Shown one piece after another: positions 26,236 to 35,290 of a DNA stretch of 64,000 bases. Source of the DNA: Escherichia phage vB_EcoM_Skers. The position numbers and the translations under genes are program-made. How positions within the stretch are numbered: position 1 is the stretch's first letter; each line of letters starts with the position of its first letter. Under the pieces are notes generated by a model. It did not search any database and was not told where the DNA came from. It was given only the letters and a program-made list of their open reading frames with translations. The DNA is taken from the sequence record MW748999.1, one strand, 5' to 3'.

Positions 26236-26529
26236 TTAACCGCCTTTAACCATTGATACCGGAATTGTTTTCTGATTTGTGTATAAGTGGCCTACTTCAA
26301 ATTTTTCCTGAATCACCACAACGTTACAATATCCACTGTCTTTAAGTTTTCTGATAATGTCTCGCTTTTGTTCGTCGGTGATAGGATTGACTGTTCTCAC
26401 CAATTCATCGCAAATAATAGCACCATCTTTACAATTACCAGTAACTTTCATGCTACGACCGTGAACAACAACCACATCACCGTAAATCACATTTTTGTCT
26501 TCGTATTTGGTAATAATCGTGACCGTCAT
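26236..26529 (-). CDS. hypothetical protein (97 aa)
   Basis: ORF track; SD AGAGGGA; 5' UTR hairpin GGCCGC-TTTGC-GCGGCC upstream. Confidence 0.5.
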   Translation of the reverse strand: MTVTIITKYEDKNVIYGDVVVVHGRSMKVTGNCKDGAIICDELVRTVNPITDEQKRDIIRKLKDSGYCNVVVIQEKFEVGHLYTNQKTIPVSMVKGG

Positions 26530-26574
26530 AATGTATTCCCTCTAAGAAAGGCCGCGCAAAGCGGCCTATGTTGA

Positions 26575-26892
26575 TTATTGTTCTACAGTATAACCGTTGT
26601 TTTCAAGCCATGCAATAACAATCTTTTCACCAATTTCATCGAGCATTTCATCAGCGCCATATTCTTTAATGAAAGTCGATGGATCATTATTGCTTACTAC
26701 GTGCTGGATCACAACATGTTCAGGGATTGCATCTAGCAGTTCGCTATGATCATACTCATTAACGATATCTTCAACGGTAACATTATTAGCCAGATCCACA
26801 TCGTCTAAAGTCACCGTAACGCGTCGAGATGGATATGCTACCTGTTCTACTTCAACATGTGCACTTTCGCAAGTAACCTTCATATCAATCAT
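26575..26892 (-). CDS. hypothetical acidic protein (105 aa)
   Basis: ORF track. Confidence 0.5.
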   Translation of the reverse strand: MIDMKVTCESAHVEVEQVAYPSRRVTVTLDDVDLANNVTVEDIVNEYDHSELLDAIPEHVVIQHVVSNNDPSTFIKEYGADEMLDEIGEKIVIAWLENNGYTVEQ

Positions 26893-26906
26893 AATTAATT
26901 CCTCTA

Positions 26907-27899
26907 TTAGTAATGGCTAAAACCTTCGGTTACATCTTCAACCACATAGTAACGATGACAGCGCATTTTGGCATTCGCATAATCTTTCGGGATACTTACA
27001 ACGTGACGCGGATCAACTTTGCATTTAATGATTCGGCCTCGCCCACCGCCATAGTGCGGAATATAGTGTTTCGCTGCAACGTGGAGGCCATTAGAGCAAG
27101 TACGATCATCATCTGGGTCCACGTCTTTACGCTTCATTTTAACCGTTCGCCCTGGGCTATTATCAAACGTATGCGTAAAGAAATCTTTATAATCAACATC
27201 AACACGTTTCCATGCATAGAAACAACCGTCTTCCCCGATCTCAATGTCGTTGTGCTCTAAGAAGTCAAACAGACGATCTACGGCCTTACGGCTAGGGTTT
27301 TTCTTGCACTTCTCAAAGAAGTTCAGATAGTGCGTATATGGCTTATTCTCTTTAATAGACTCCACAACTCGACGAGTCAGATTATTATCAAGAACAATAT
27401 TATGATAATACACAATACCATTTTCGATACGGAAAGCGCCGTGATAATATACTTCAACCGCTTTCTTAATGTCAATCAGCGTAATTGCTTTAATGAAATC
27501 ATTCTGCTTAACTGCTTCCAGTGCTTCATTAAAGTTAACATGTGATGGATCAGCAGTATAAACAATGTCACCACATGTAATAGTAATAAACTTAGTTGAG
27601 GCTATGGCTACGATTTTTGAGGAAGTAGTCACGGGCTTTTTTGCGCGTTCACCGCCTTTTCCTTTACTGGTTTTACGGCGTGCTTTACGTTTTTCTAGTG
27701 CCTTGCGACCTTCCGCTACTGCGTCTTTCTGAATCAGTAATACACGGGAGGCAGTACGACGAGATACCCCAAATGCTGCCGCAAGTGCTTCGCGGGTAGT
27801 AAACTTACCTTCGCCCCACTGTTTAGCCAGTTTGATTTGTTTTTCAGAATCCAGGCATTGAACGTTACGGTCAGAGACGGTGATTTTTGCTTTAGTCAT
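26907..27899 (-). CDS. rIIB: rIIB protein
   Basis: Matches T4 rIIB by recall (SRKAVDRLFDFLEHNDIEIGEDGCFYAWK, FDNSPGRTVKM, HPRDVVSIP.DYNDAKMR); start set at second ATG (MTKAK) with SD AGAGGA, track start 27908. Confidence 0.85.
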   Translation of the reverse strand: MTKAKITVSDRNVQCLDSEKQIKLAKQWGEGKFTTREALAAAFGVSRRTASRVLLIQKDAVAEGRKALEKRKARRKTSKGKGGERAKKPVTTSSKIVAIASTKFITITCGDIVYTADPSHVNFNEALEAVKQNDFIKAITLIDIKKAVEVYYHGAFRIENGIVYYHNIVLDNNLTRRVVESIKENKPYTHYLNFFEKCKKNPSRKAVDRLFDFLEHNDIEIGEDGCFYAWKRVDVDYKDFFTHTFDNSPGRTVKMKRKDVDPDDDRTCSNGLHVAAKHYIPHYGGGRGRIIKCKVDPRHVVSIPKDYANAKMRCHRYYVVEDVTEGFSHY

Positions 27900-27961
27900 A
27901 GTATTCATTCCTCTATTAGTTGGGCGACTATCGCCGCCCGATTCACATCATTATACCAGAA

Positions 27962-28093
27962 TTATTTTGCTTCGACAACCTTGCGGATTGTGCGGTCTGA
28001 TACATTATAGATTCGTGCCAGTTCGCCTTTAGTCAAGCCGCGAGCGTATTGTTTACGGATGGTTTCTTTCTGGATAGCGGTCAGTTTAGTCAT
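27962..28093 (-). CDS. small HTH protein (43 aa) between rIIA and rIIB, paralogous to the rIIB N-terminal region
   Basis: MTKLTAIQKETIRKQYARGLTKGELARIYNVSDRTIRKVVEAK; strong SD GAGGTGA right after the rIIA stop; not in ORF track (<60 aa). Confidence 0.5.
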   Translation of the reverse strand: MTKLTAIQKETIRKQYARGLTKGELARIYNVSDRTIRKVVEAK

Positions 28094-28104
28094 AATATCA
28101 CCTC

Positions 28105-30213
28105 TTAAAATTTAACATTCTTAACCAGTTTCATAAAGTCTTGTGCGCGTTTGTCGTTATGCAGAATACGATACCAGTTATCTACAATATCATACAGTAA
28201 CGGGCTATTCTCTTTAAACTTCGCACAAACTGCTTTAATTCGTTCGTTTGCTGCCGTGAATTTTTCATCACAAATCTTTTTAGTTTCTTCGTCCATAATC
28301 CAACGAGTATGAAGGAGTAACTTGGAAACCTCTTTATTATAATGACGACCGTACAGTCTGTCAATAAATTCTGGAACACAGCGTTCTAGTTCATCGTCAT
28401 GAAACAACATAGTGATCACACCCAGATATTCGCCATACCCCAGATGATTGGTCTTAACCTTCTTAGCCAGACCAGCCAGCTTACCGCAAACAAATTCTAG
28501 CGCACATTCCAATTGTTCGTCAACGAGATATTTTTGTGTCTCGTTTCGAGTAATAATATACTTTGTTACCCCGAAGTAGTCAAGCGCCGTGTGTAATGTA
28601 TTTTCACTATGGATCGATTTACGACTACGGCTTTCGAATGCATCACCTACGCGGAACATGTGCAAGCCTGATAACTCGCGAATCTCTGCCGCTTTCATGT
28701 GATGGCTGGTTTTATGCCAATTGTCACCAATCTTTTCCATAATATACACGTTAGGCAGCTTGGGAGTAGCTTCACGTTGTGTACGCTCGGTCTTTTCCGG
28801 TTTAACTGCTTTAGCACGCAGATCATCGGCCTCAGACACCTTAATCACGGTCATTTCAGAATCATCATAATACTGTTTGATGTACTCGAAAGTCTCCATA
28901 TGTTTTTCGTTGCGCTGACGGAACACAAGTACCTTTTTATTGATGCCGTATTCCTGGACCATACCGTTAAGAGTCAGTGCACGCAGTTTCGGTTTATCGG
29001 TATCATCAATAAGACACGTAATATCTTCTTTATGCATCCATACAAAATGCGTAATGTTGTATTGACTGCTAACGAAAGCAGGGCGCAATTTGCTGATCGT
29101 GTGTCGATGATGATACAGAGTATACACTTGACCTTCTACGTCATTAGGCGAATCTTTACCCGCATTCACAAACTTATTATAGATTGCTACCGGATCGTCC
29201 CATTGTCCGATCTTACCCATCTTGCTAATAATATTGCGTTGAGTCGATGAATACTCGCTCATAAATTGCGCAAGTTTACGCTCTGTTTTAATGTTGGCGA
29301 TCTTTTCTTTAACCTTTTCCAACATCATTTCATTGATTTCTGCAATGCGTTTTTCGATGTTCGCTTTAGTCTCAATTGACAAGTGAACTTCTTCACGCGA
29401 TGGCATCAGGTCCAGATCACCCAACTCAAAATTAATGTAAATGGTCTGGTGCTGGCGGTTTACAGCTTCTAACCATGTTCCGCGAACATATTCATACGGG
29501 ATCGGATACTGGATCTTACCCATGATTGCATATACTACATAGGAATCGTTATCACGCCCATTACAAACATAATAATTATCAAAGCTAGGGAAATAATTAA
29601 TTTCGATTGCATTGATATTAGGTTTGTGTTCCCCAAAATGACGAAGTACAAATTGTGCTTCTCGATGCCATGTTTGAATGTCTTTTTCTTTCACCGGAAT
29701 AGTGATTTTCAGACCATTGTCTTCATAGGTCGGTTCGTCGAAAATCTGCACCATTTTCGGCATAGAGTTTTGCACAAATGCAGTAAAGCCATAAGCGCGA
29801 CCATTGTAGTAGTTTACGATTGTAAAGGTGTCGGTATAGCTATAAGCAGACTTCGCACCCAAACCAAAAGACCCGATATAGTCATTAGTCTGGTCTTTTG
29901 TTGATTCAAAGTAAACCGTAAACAGTTGTTCTAATTCTTTCTTAGACGGAATACCAGTACCATAATCACGCACAGAAAAATACGGTTCGATTGCAGTCGG
30001 TAAATGAATATCAAACGGACGATCTAAGGTTCCGGCTTCTTTGTGAGTGTCGGTAGCATTGCACGAATACTCACGGACGCAAGCGCGTTCACAATATTGA
30101 TAAGTGTTCTTAGAAAGCACCATAAAAGCCTTGCTACTTGCTTTCAGTGAAAAATCAACCGCACCGCTCAAGTCACTGCCAAATACTTCTTCATTATCAA
30201 TATGCATTTTCAT
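28105..30213 (-). CDS. rIIA: rIIA protein (GHKL-type ATPase domain)
   Basis: 702 aa (T4 725 aa); ATPase-like glycine motif FGLGAKSAY; directly upstream of rIIB as in T4. Confidence 0.8.
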   Translation of the reverse strand: MKMHIDNEEVFGSDLSGAVDFSLKASSKAFMVLSKNTYQYCERACVREYSCNATDTHKEAGTLDRPFDIHLPTAIEPYFSVRDYGTGIPSKKELEQLFTVYFESTKDQTNDYIGSFGLGAKSAYSYTDTFTIVNYYNGRAYGFTAFVQNSMPKMVQIFDEPTYEDNGLKITIPVKEKDIQTWHREAQFVLRHFGEHKPNINAIEINYFPSFDNYYVCNGRDNDSYVVYAIMGKIQYPIPYEYVRGTWLEAVNRQHQTIYINFELGDLDLMPSREEVHLSIETKANIEKRIAEINEMMLEKVKEKIANIKTERKLAQFMSEYSSTQRNIISKMGKIGQWDDPVAIYNKFVNAGKDSPNDVEGQVYTLYHHRHTISKLRPAFVSSQYNITHFVWMHKEDITCLIDDTDKPKLRALTLNGMVQEYGINKKVLVFRQRNEKHMETFEYIKQYYDDSEMTVIKVSEADDLRAKAVKPEKTERTQREATPKLPNVYIMEKIGDNWHKTSHHMKAAEIRELSGLHMFRVGDAFESRSRKSIHSENTLHTALDYFGVTKYIITRNETQKYLVDEQLECALEFVCGKLAGLAKKVKTNHLGYGEYLGVITMLFHDDELERCVPEFIDRLYGRHYNKEVSKLLLHTRWIMDEETKKICDEKFTAANERIKAVCAKFKENSPLLYDIVDNWYRILHNDKRAQDFMKLVKNVKF

Positions 30214-30227
30214 AATATAATCCTCAC

Positions 30228-30485
30228 TTAATTAAAATCTTCTTTGTCCATCTCTGCGTAAATTACATCCCACGCCCATAAATCAATAAACGCATTATAT
30301 GTCACGGTGCAATCGTTGTCAATCACTTCTTTCGCATATTTCTTGATGTTTTCGTAGGAAACTTGCGGATCAATTTTGTGTTTACGAAGATGCGCATATT
30401 CATACCTCAAACACTCCATAAACAGGTCCATCGATTTCTTTTCTCGATGACACTTGGCGATCATAAAATCAAAACTTCGACTCAT
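30228..30485 (-). CDS. hypothetical protein (85 aa)
   Basis: ORF track. Confidence 0.5.
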   Translation of the reverse strand: MSRSFDFMIAKCHREKKSMDLFMECLRYEYAHLRKHKIDPQVSYENIKKYAKEVIDNDCTVTYNAFIDLWAWDVIYAEMDKEDFN

Positions 30486-30495
30486 TTTCTACTCC

Positions 30496-30690
30496 TTATA
30501 CATTTTCAATCACCCATTGCAGATGGGCTTCTGCGTCAACCAGTTCAGCGCGGCTTTTCTCTAAGCACTTGCTGTATTCTTTACGTTCCCACTCGGCAAT
30601 TTCGTTTTTCAGGACTTCTTCATAGTAAGCAATTACGCCTTTCAGATCGGAAACTTTACGGCTTGCCAGTTCGATGTAATGGTTACGCAT
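30496..30690 (-). CDS. hypothetical protein (64 aa)
   Basis: ORF track. Confidence 0.45.
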   Translation of the reverse strand: MRNHYIELASRKVSDLKGVIAYYEEVLKNEIAEWERKEYSKCLEKSRAELVDAEAHLQWVIENV

Positions 30691-30877
30691 TTTGATTCTC
30701 CTTTGTTACTAGATAACGAATTTGGTCTTGCATTGCAATCAGTTCCCAGCGTGCTACTTTCATCATAGAAACCGACTCTTTGAACATAATATTAGCTTTT
30801 TCCTTATCCCCTGTCAAGTAGATTTCTGCAATTTTTTCACAAAATTTTTGAGTTTCTTCATTCTTAAACGGTTTCAT
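30683..30877 (-). CDS. hypothetical protein (64 aa)
   Basis: Track ORF 30683..30886 starts with TTG; ATG at 30877 (MKPFKNEE). Confidence 0.45.
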   Translation of the reverse strand: MKPFKNEETQKFCEKIAEIYLTGDKEKANIMFKESVSMMKVARWELIAMQDQIRYLVTKENQNA

Positions 30878-30907
30878 ATAAGTCAACCTTTTGTTTTCGA
30901 TGGGGAT

Positions 30908-30936
30908 ATTATGATATATCCCCGATCCGGTGTCAA
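30908..30936 (-). promoter_or_regulatory. PeSL-like early promoter
   Basis: Minus strand TTGACA-N17-CATAAT overlapping palindrome GGGGATAT-ATCATA-ATATCCCC. Confidence 0.55.
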
Positions 30937-30943
30937 CAGATTT

Positions 30944-31243
30944 TTAATCTTTTTTCAGTGCATCCATTACTCGCTCTGCGATCAGTTCTCTTAAGCACTG
31001 ATAACCATGATATTTGATGGCAATGTCACGCAGATCATTAACCAGTTCCCGTACTTCATGGTCTTTCAGATCGTCTCTGTATTTCGATTTAATCGTATCT
31101 TTAGGTGGATTGCGGATAACCTGAAAACCTTGTTCTGCAATCACTGCGGCTTCTCGCTGGCGTTCATGCTGTACTGTATTTTTGATCAGGTCTGCTTCCA
31201 TGAACTTTGCCACACTCATCATCATGTTATTCTTTTTGCTCAT
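30944..31243 (-). CDS. hypothetical protein (99 aa)
   Basis: Track ORF 30944..31324 overlaps the gene 39 3' end and the promoter; start set at ATG 31243 (MSKKNN) with SD GAGGA. Confidence 0.5.
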   Translation of the reverse strand: MSKKNNMMMSVAKFMEADLIKNTVQHERQREAAVIAEQGFQVIRNPPKDTIKSKYRDDLKDHEVRELVNDLRDIAIKYHGYQCLRELIAERVMDALKKD

Positions 31244-31277
31244 CGTTAAATCCTCATAAAAGAAAAGGGAGACTCCC

Positions 31278-31305
31278 ATTATAGAGAATCTCCCTTGTAT
31301 GTCAA
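31278..31305 (-). promoter_or_regulatory. PeSL-like early promoter immediately downstream of gene 39
   Basis: Minus strand TTGACATACAAGGGAGATTCTCTATAAT with GGGAGA...TCTCCC palindrome. Confidence 0.55.
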
Positions 31306-31308
31306 GTG

Positions 31309-33132
31309 TTATGATTGCATCCAAATTTTGCGTTGATCTGCATCTTCACTATAGAGCAAATCGAATAGCTCTTTATAGTTTTCCGGTAACGTGATGATCT
31401 CCATTACAGGATCGTTGATCACGCGATGATAATCTGATTCTGTAAGCGATGCTAACCCTTTGATATATCGAATGTTGTAACCTTTGATATTATCTCGGTC
31501 GTTCTCGAAATCTTCTAGGTCATAATACCATCGAACATCATCACCTTTCTTTGGTTCCGCAATGATAATAGGTGTTTTGATAAACCGGATTCGACCATCT
31601 TCGAACAATTCAGGCCAACGAGCAAAGAAAGAGATCAGACTAGGCTTAATAGACCCGATCCCGTCGGTATCAGCGTCTGTCATAATCGCAATATTTTTGT
31701 ATTGCATAACTTCCAATGCATCAACACCAAATTGCAAACCAGTGATCGCCATGATGTTAAAAATTTCAGCGTTCTTAACGATCTTTGCCTCCGGTTGTTC
31801 CCACGTTGTAAGAGTTTTGCCTCGCAACGGGAAACCGCCATGTAAATCTTGATCACGTACAGAGATCAGATAGTTGATCGCGGAATCACCTTCCGTCAAA
31901 AACAGGGTAGTTTCTGCGTCAGTTCCAATAAGGTTAGCTTTAACGTGCTTTGCTACCTTAGCCCGTTTTGCTGCCTTTGCTGCCTTAGTCGCTGCCGCTT
32001 TATCTGCTGCCTCTTTGCGTGCCAGGACTACAGCAATAATAGGCATGATAATGTTTTCTTTCTTCGCAATGACTTTAGCCAGCTTTTTAAAATCAAGATC
32101 AATATGACGCTTGATATCACCAGTCGGGTTAGTCAAGCGTTCTTTTGTCTGTGAATCAAAACGAAGGTTAGGCAATTCACGAACAATAAGAATACAGGTC
32201 AATCCAGATTTAACCGCAGCTTTAGTAACATCAACCTTATATTCTTTTTTGATTCGTTTTACAATCTCTTCACAAAGATCATCTGTCACATAATCAACGT
32301 GTGTTCCCCCGTTTTTGGTAAACAGACCGTTAGCAAAGGATACTGATTTAAAACCTTCTCCCTCGACCGCCGGAACGAGGGCAAGTGAAAAGTTTTTATC
32401 TTCAATGACAAACGGATCATCATTGTATAGTTTGGCATAATCCTTGAACTTGCTGGTTATCTTTTTGCCATTAAACTTAAACGTGATCTTAGGAAAGATT
32501 ACACTCAATGAATACATTCGATCGCAAATCACATCTGAAATTTCTTGTGACATGATCATACCTTCAAAATGATCGAAATCGGGGCAGAACGTAACCTTAG
32601 TTCCTTTCAGTTTTGACGGCTTAGATGACCAGCTAATATTTTCTGCACCATTGGTACATTGAACGGTCAGTTCATTCTCTCCGTCACACGTCACACCAGT
32701 AAACCAGGACGAGAAAAATGATGTGAGCGCGCTTCCGATCCCATTCATACCCATAGTAACACGATTTGTATCATCAAAGTTAGACCCTGCTTTAGCTCGT
32801 GTCCATGCAGCAACTGGTTGTGGAATCTGTTTCCCCTCTGGCGTCGTAACAATATGTTGCGGAATACCGCGACCATTATCTGTTACTGACACAATGTTAT
32901 CTTTTATATCCACACTAATAACATTAGCGTACTCAAAATTAGTGCGGATCGCCTCGTCTACCGAGTTGTCGATGATCTCATCAATGATTTTAACCAGTCC
33001 AGGAACGTATGAAACTTTGGTCCATTTTCCAAATAGGAAACGATTGTGTGATTCATAAGTCGTTGACCCGATGTACATTGAAGGTCTCTTAAGACAGTGA
33101 GCGCGATCATCTAACAGCAAAAATTCAGACAT
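31309..33132 (-). CDS. 39: DNA topoisomerase II large subunit, fused gp39/gp60 form (GyrB-like ATPase plus Toprim)
   Basis: 607-aa single ORF; GyrB-like N-terminus (RPSMYIGS, DNGRGIP) and Toprim EGDSA; no split or bypass as in T4 gene 60. Confidence 0.85.
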   Translation of the reverse strand: MSEFLLLDDRAHCLKRPSMYIGSTTYESHNRFLFGKWTKVSYVPGLVKIIDEIIDNSVDEAIRTNFEYANVISVDIKDNIVSVTDNGRGIPQHIVTTPEGKQIPQPVAAWTRAKAGSNFDDTNRVTMGMNGIGSALTSFFSSWFTGVTCDGENELTVQCTNGAENISWSSKPSKLKGTKVTFCPDFDHFEGMIMSQEISDVICDRMYSLSVIFPKITFKFNGKKITSKFKDYAKLYNDDPFVIEDKNFSLALVPAVEGEGFKSVSFANGLFTKNGGTHVDYVTDDLCEEIVKRIKKEYKVDVTKAAVKSGLTCILIVRELPNLRFDSQTKERLTNPTGDIKRHIDLDFKKLAKVIAKKENIIMPIIAVVLARKEAADKAAATKAAKAAKRAKVAKHVKANLIGTDAETTLFLTEGDSAINYLISVRDQDLHGGFPLRGKTLTTWEQPEAKIVKNAEIFNIMAITGLQFGVDALEVMQYKNIAIMTDADTDGIGSIKPSLISFFARWPELFEDGRIRFIKTPIIIAEPKKGDDVRWYYDLEDFENDRDNIKGYNIRYIKGLASLTESDYHRVINDPVMEIITLPENYKELFDLLYSEDADQRKIWMQS

Positions 33133-33138
33133 ATTATA

Positions 33139-33897
33139 TCATTCTCCGTCAGTTCGTTTCAGGTATTCCAATGCCGCATATAATCTTTGAGGATCGTCTT
33201 TGAACATCCCTAATCCGGCATTACATTTTCCACAAAGAACACCTCTTATCTTACCAGTCTTATGATTATGGTCAAGATGTTTCCACTTTTGGCGTTTTCT
33301 CTCGCCGCATCGTTCATTTATGAATTTTACACCGCATATCTCGCAATTGTCAACTCTGCCTAAAATTTCTAACGCTTCTCTTTTTGATATTTTTATACCA
33401 TTTTCGGCATGATGATATGGCCTATCTAGTTCTCGCTCTCGCTTCTCAAACAATCGACACTCATCAGAACAATACTTTTGAGATGCGTTTATTGCAACAA
33501 ATGGTTTACCACATTTAGCGCATTCTCGTTCAATCTTTATGTTTTGTGCCTGGTCCAACGATGCGCAACGAGAACAGCAAAATTTATGATAGCCTCTAGA
33601 GTATGTATGATAATTTACAGGATTTGGGCATCTTGCACACTTAACTATTCCTGTTATTCCGTGGCGCAATCTATAAACAGCCTCGTTATATGGTTGTTGA
33701 TTTCTGAGACCTCCATTACAGAACTTAAACTCATTCCTTATAATCTGAAATTCCGCAGGATACAATTTTTCCATTTCTGGAATTTTATTTTCTTTAAAAA
33801 GATTTGAGTTTAGTCTATTTCCGCTTTTCGCCTCCAGAACATCAACAATAAACTTTTTGATGTTCACTTTTCTCTCTCCAATACATAACATAACCAT
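33139..33897 (-). CDS. Endonuclease VII-type nuclease with Cys-rich zinc-ribbon N-terminal region; probable free-standing homing endonuclease
   Basis: C-terminal HLDHNHKTGKIRGVLCGKCNAGLGMF matches the T4 endo VII (gp49) catalytic motif; N-terminal CxxC pairs CARCP...CCSRC, CAKCG...CSDEC. Confidence 0.65.
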   Translation of the reverse strand: MVMLCIGERKVNIKKFIVDVLEAKSGNRLNSNLFKENKIPEMEKLYPAEFQIIRNEFKFCNGGLRNQQPYNEAVYRLRHGITGIVKCARCPNPVNYHTYSRGYHKFCCSRCASLDQAQNIKIERECAKCGKPFVAINASQKYCSDECRLFEKRERELDRPYHHAENGIKISKREALEILGRVDNCEICGVKFINERCGERKRQKWKHLDHNHKTGKIRGVLCGKCNAGLGMFKDDPQRLYAALEYLKRTDGE

Positions 33898-33969
33898 AAC
33901 TTACTGCAACCGCCACAAAGACGGCTGCAACAATCATATTAAAAATTGAGTGATTGTCAAGTATATGAC

Positions 33970-34143
33970 TCATGACACGCGCACATTTTTATCATAGTAC
34001 CCGCCATTAATCCCGCGCGGGGCAGTTAATCCCTGTTTGCATTCTTTACCACATTCAGGGCATTCTGCCTTTTCACGCTCGGAAATTTTGCGGATTTTCT
34101 GAAATTGACCGTGTTCTTCACAAGAATAATCGTATAATGGCAT
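33970..34143 (-). CDS. FmdB-family zinc-ribbon protein
   Basis: MPLYDYSCEEHGQFQ...CPECG matches the FmdB zinc-ribbon signature; start at ATG 34143 with SD AAGGGG (track start 34224). Confidence 0.5.
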   Translation of the reverse strand: MPLYDYSCEEHGQFQKIRKISEREKAECPECGKECKQGLTAPRGINGGYYDKNVRVS

Positions 34144-34144
34144 A

Positions 34145-34813
34145 TTATCCCCTTTGTTTCTTAACTGAATTTGGATCTGGATTTTCTGGTAGGTCTTCCA
34201 GACCCATAGCATAACGTTGTGCATAGATTAGCATAAGAATATCGCGAGCGCAATCATGAATTGCATCATGTGCGATAAAACCATCTAGCGTACCCATTGG
34301 TAACGGACACTCACACATCCCGCGATGCATCAATGTACGCTCAATGGCGGTGCGAACATCTCGGATATTCCAGAATCGCACAGGTTCAAGGCTGAACGTC
34401 TCTCGTGTATTGTGTGCACGGCGGATCATATCAACTAGTAACGGAATATCAAACGCATTACCGCGTGACCACAATACGGATTTAACCGGATCTACTCCTA
34501 CGGCTTCACAGAATGCGTTAAAACGCGCTAAACCTTCTTTAGTTGATACTTCCGTACCATTTGTGATTAATTGCTTTCTCATGCCTTCTGAGGCGGTATT
34601 CTTCCACCATTCAACCACACCATGATCAAACACCCTTACACCTTTCTGGGAAGGAATATCAAATTTTACCAGAAAGGAATTGTCCACCAGTTCTTTAAAT
34701 GTAGGTGGATTGTGCGGATCTTCTTTAAATCCGATTGCCGCCATATTGATCACCGCCCCATCAGGCGGATAACCTAAACTTTCAAAGTCAATCATTAAAT
34801 CCACTGGAAGCAT
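34145..34813 (-). CDS. dexA: exonuclease A (DnaQ-like 3'-5' exonuclease)
   Basis: Matches T4 DexA by recall (MIDFESLG, HGVVEWWKN, CPLPMGTLDGFIAHDAIHDCARDI, YAMGLEDLP); start at ATG 34813 with SD GGAGG (track start 34885). Confidence 0.85.
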   Translation of the reverse strand: MLPVDLMIDFESLGYPPDGAVINMAAIGFKEDPHNPPTFKELVDNSFLVKFDIPSQKGVRVFDHGVVEWWKNTASEGMRKQLITNGTEVSTKEGLARFNAFCEAVGVDPVKSVLWSRGNAFDIPLLVDMIRRAHNTRETFSLEPVRFWNIRDVRTAIERTLMHRGMCECPLPMGTLDGFIAHDAIHDCARDILMLIYAQRYAMGLEDLPENPDPNSVKKQRG

Positions 34814-34814
34814 T

Positions 34815-35057
34815 TTAAATATCCTCCGCGATATGCCGGAACAACTCCAGATCGTTTTTATCCAGAATGAAACCGCTACAATCAATAATCCCGTTACCGT
34901 AATTATCGGTTAACAGTCGGTCCGTTGCCATGTATGCGCGTACTTTGTTGTTAAAATTCATTACATGTTGTGCATAGTCACAATGAATCTTTTGACGGTT
35001 CCACGCGACAATTGATTGTAGATGTATTACATTAGCCATATTATTAATAACAACCAT
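34815..35057 (-). CDS. hypothetical protein (80 aa), third of three tandem small genes
   Basis: Track ORF 34815..35120; ATG 35057 preceded by SD GCGAGGG and the TGATATG stop-start junction. Confidence 0.5.
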   Translation of the reverse strand: MVVINNMANVIHLQSIVAWNRQKIHCDYAQHVMNFNNKVRAYMATDRLLTDNYGNGIIDCSGFILDKNDLELFRHIAEDI

Positions 35058-35290
35058 ATCAAAACCCTCGCTTAGTGGAATGTTCTGGCATTTTATTGAT
35101 ACATACAGCTTGGTAGTCACGAGATTTTTTTGACGAATTAAGAGCTACAGCCAAAAAATCCTGTAACTGTTCGTTTGTCATTTTTGGCTTACACCGCGTA
35201 TCTAAACCCTTCGTTCTTCTAGCTTCATTAGCCATATCAAAAACCTCGCTTAGTGAAATGCTCGATCATTTTATTGATACATGCAGCTTC
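35053..35290. repeat. two ~58-bp direct repeats (about 85% identical) at 35053-35110 and 35231-35290 spanning consecutive stop/start junctions
   Basis: ccatatcaaaaccctcgcttagtggaatgttctggcattttattgatacatacagctt versus ccatatcaaaaacctcgcttagtgaaatgctcgatcattttattgatacatgcagctt. Confidence 0.7.
35059..35235 (-). CDS. hypothetical small protein (58 aa), shares C-terminal tail with the next gene
   Basis: MANEARRTKGLDTRCKPK...AVCINKMPEHSTKRGF; stop-start TGATATG; not in ORF track. Confidence 0.45.
   Translation of the reverse strand: MANEARRTKGLDTRCKPKMTNEQLQDFLAVALNSSKKSRDYQAVCINKMPEHSTKRGF

Noticed and set aside
28699-29250. Plus-strand 183-aa ORF inside rIIA
   Set aside because: Antisense to rIIA; no SD; hydrophobic low-complexity translation.
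31309-33132. Looked for a T4 gene 60-style split topoisomerase subunit or translational bypass element
   Set aside because: The subunit is a single uninterrupted 607-aa ORF; no 50-nt coding gap or take-off/landing GGA pair was seen.
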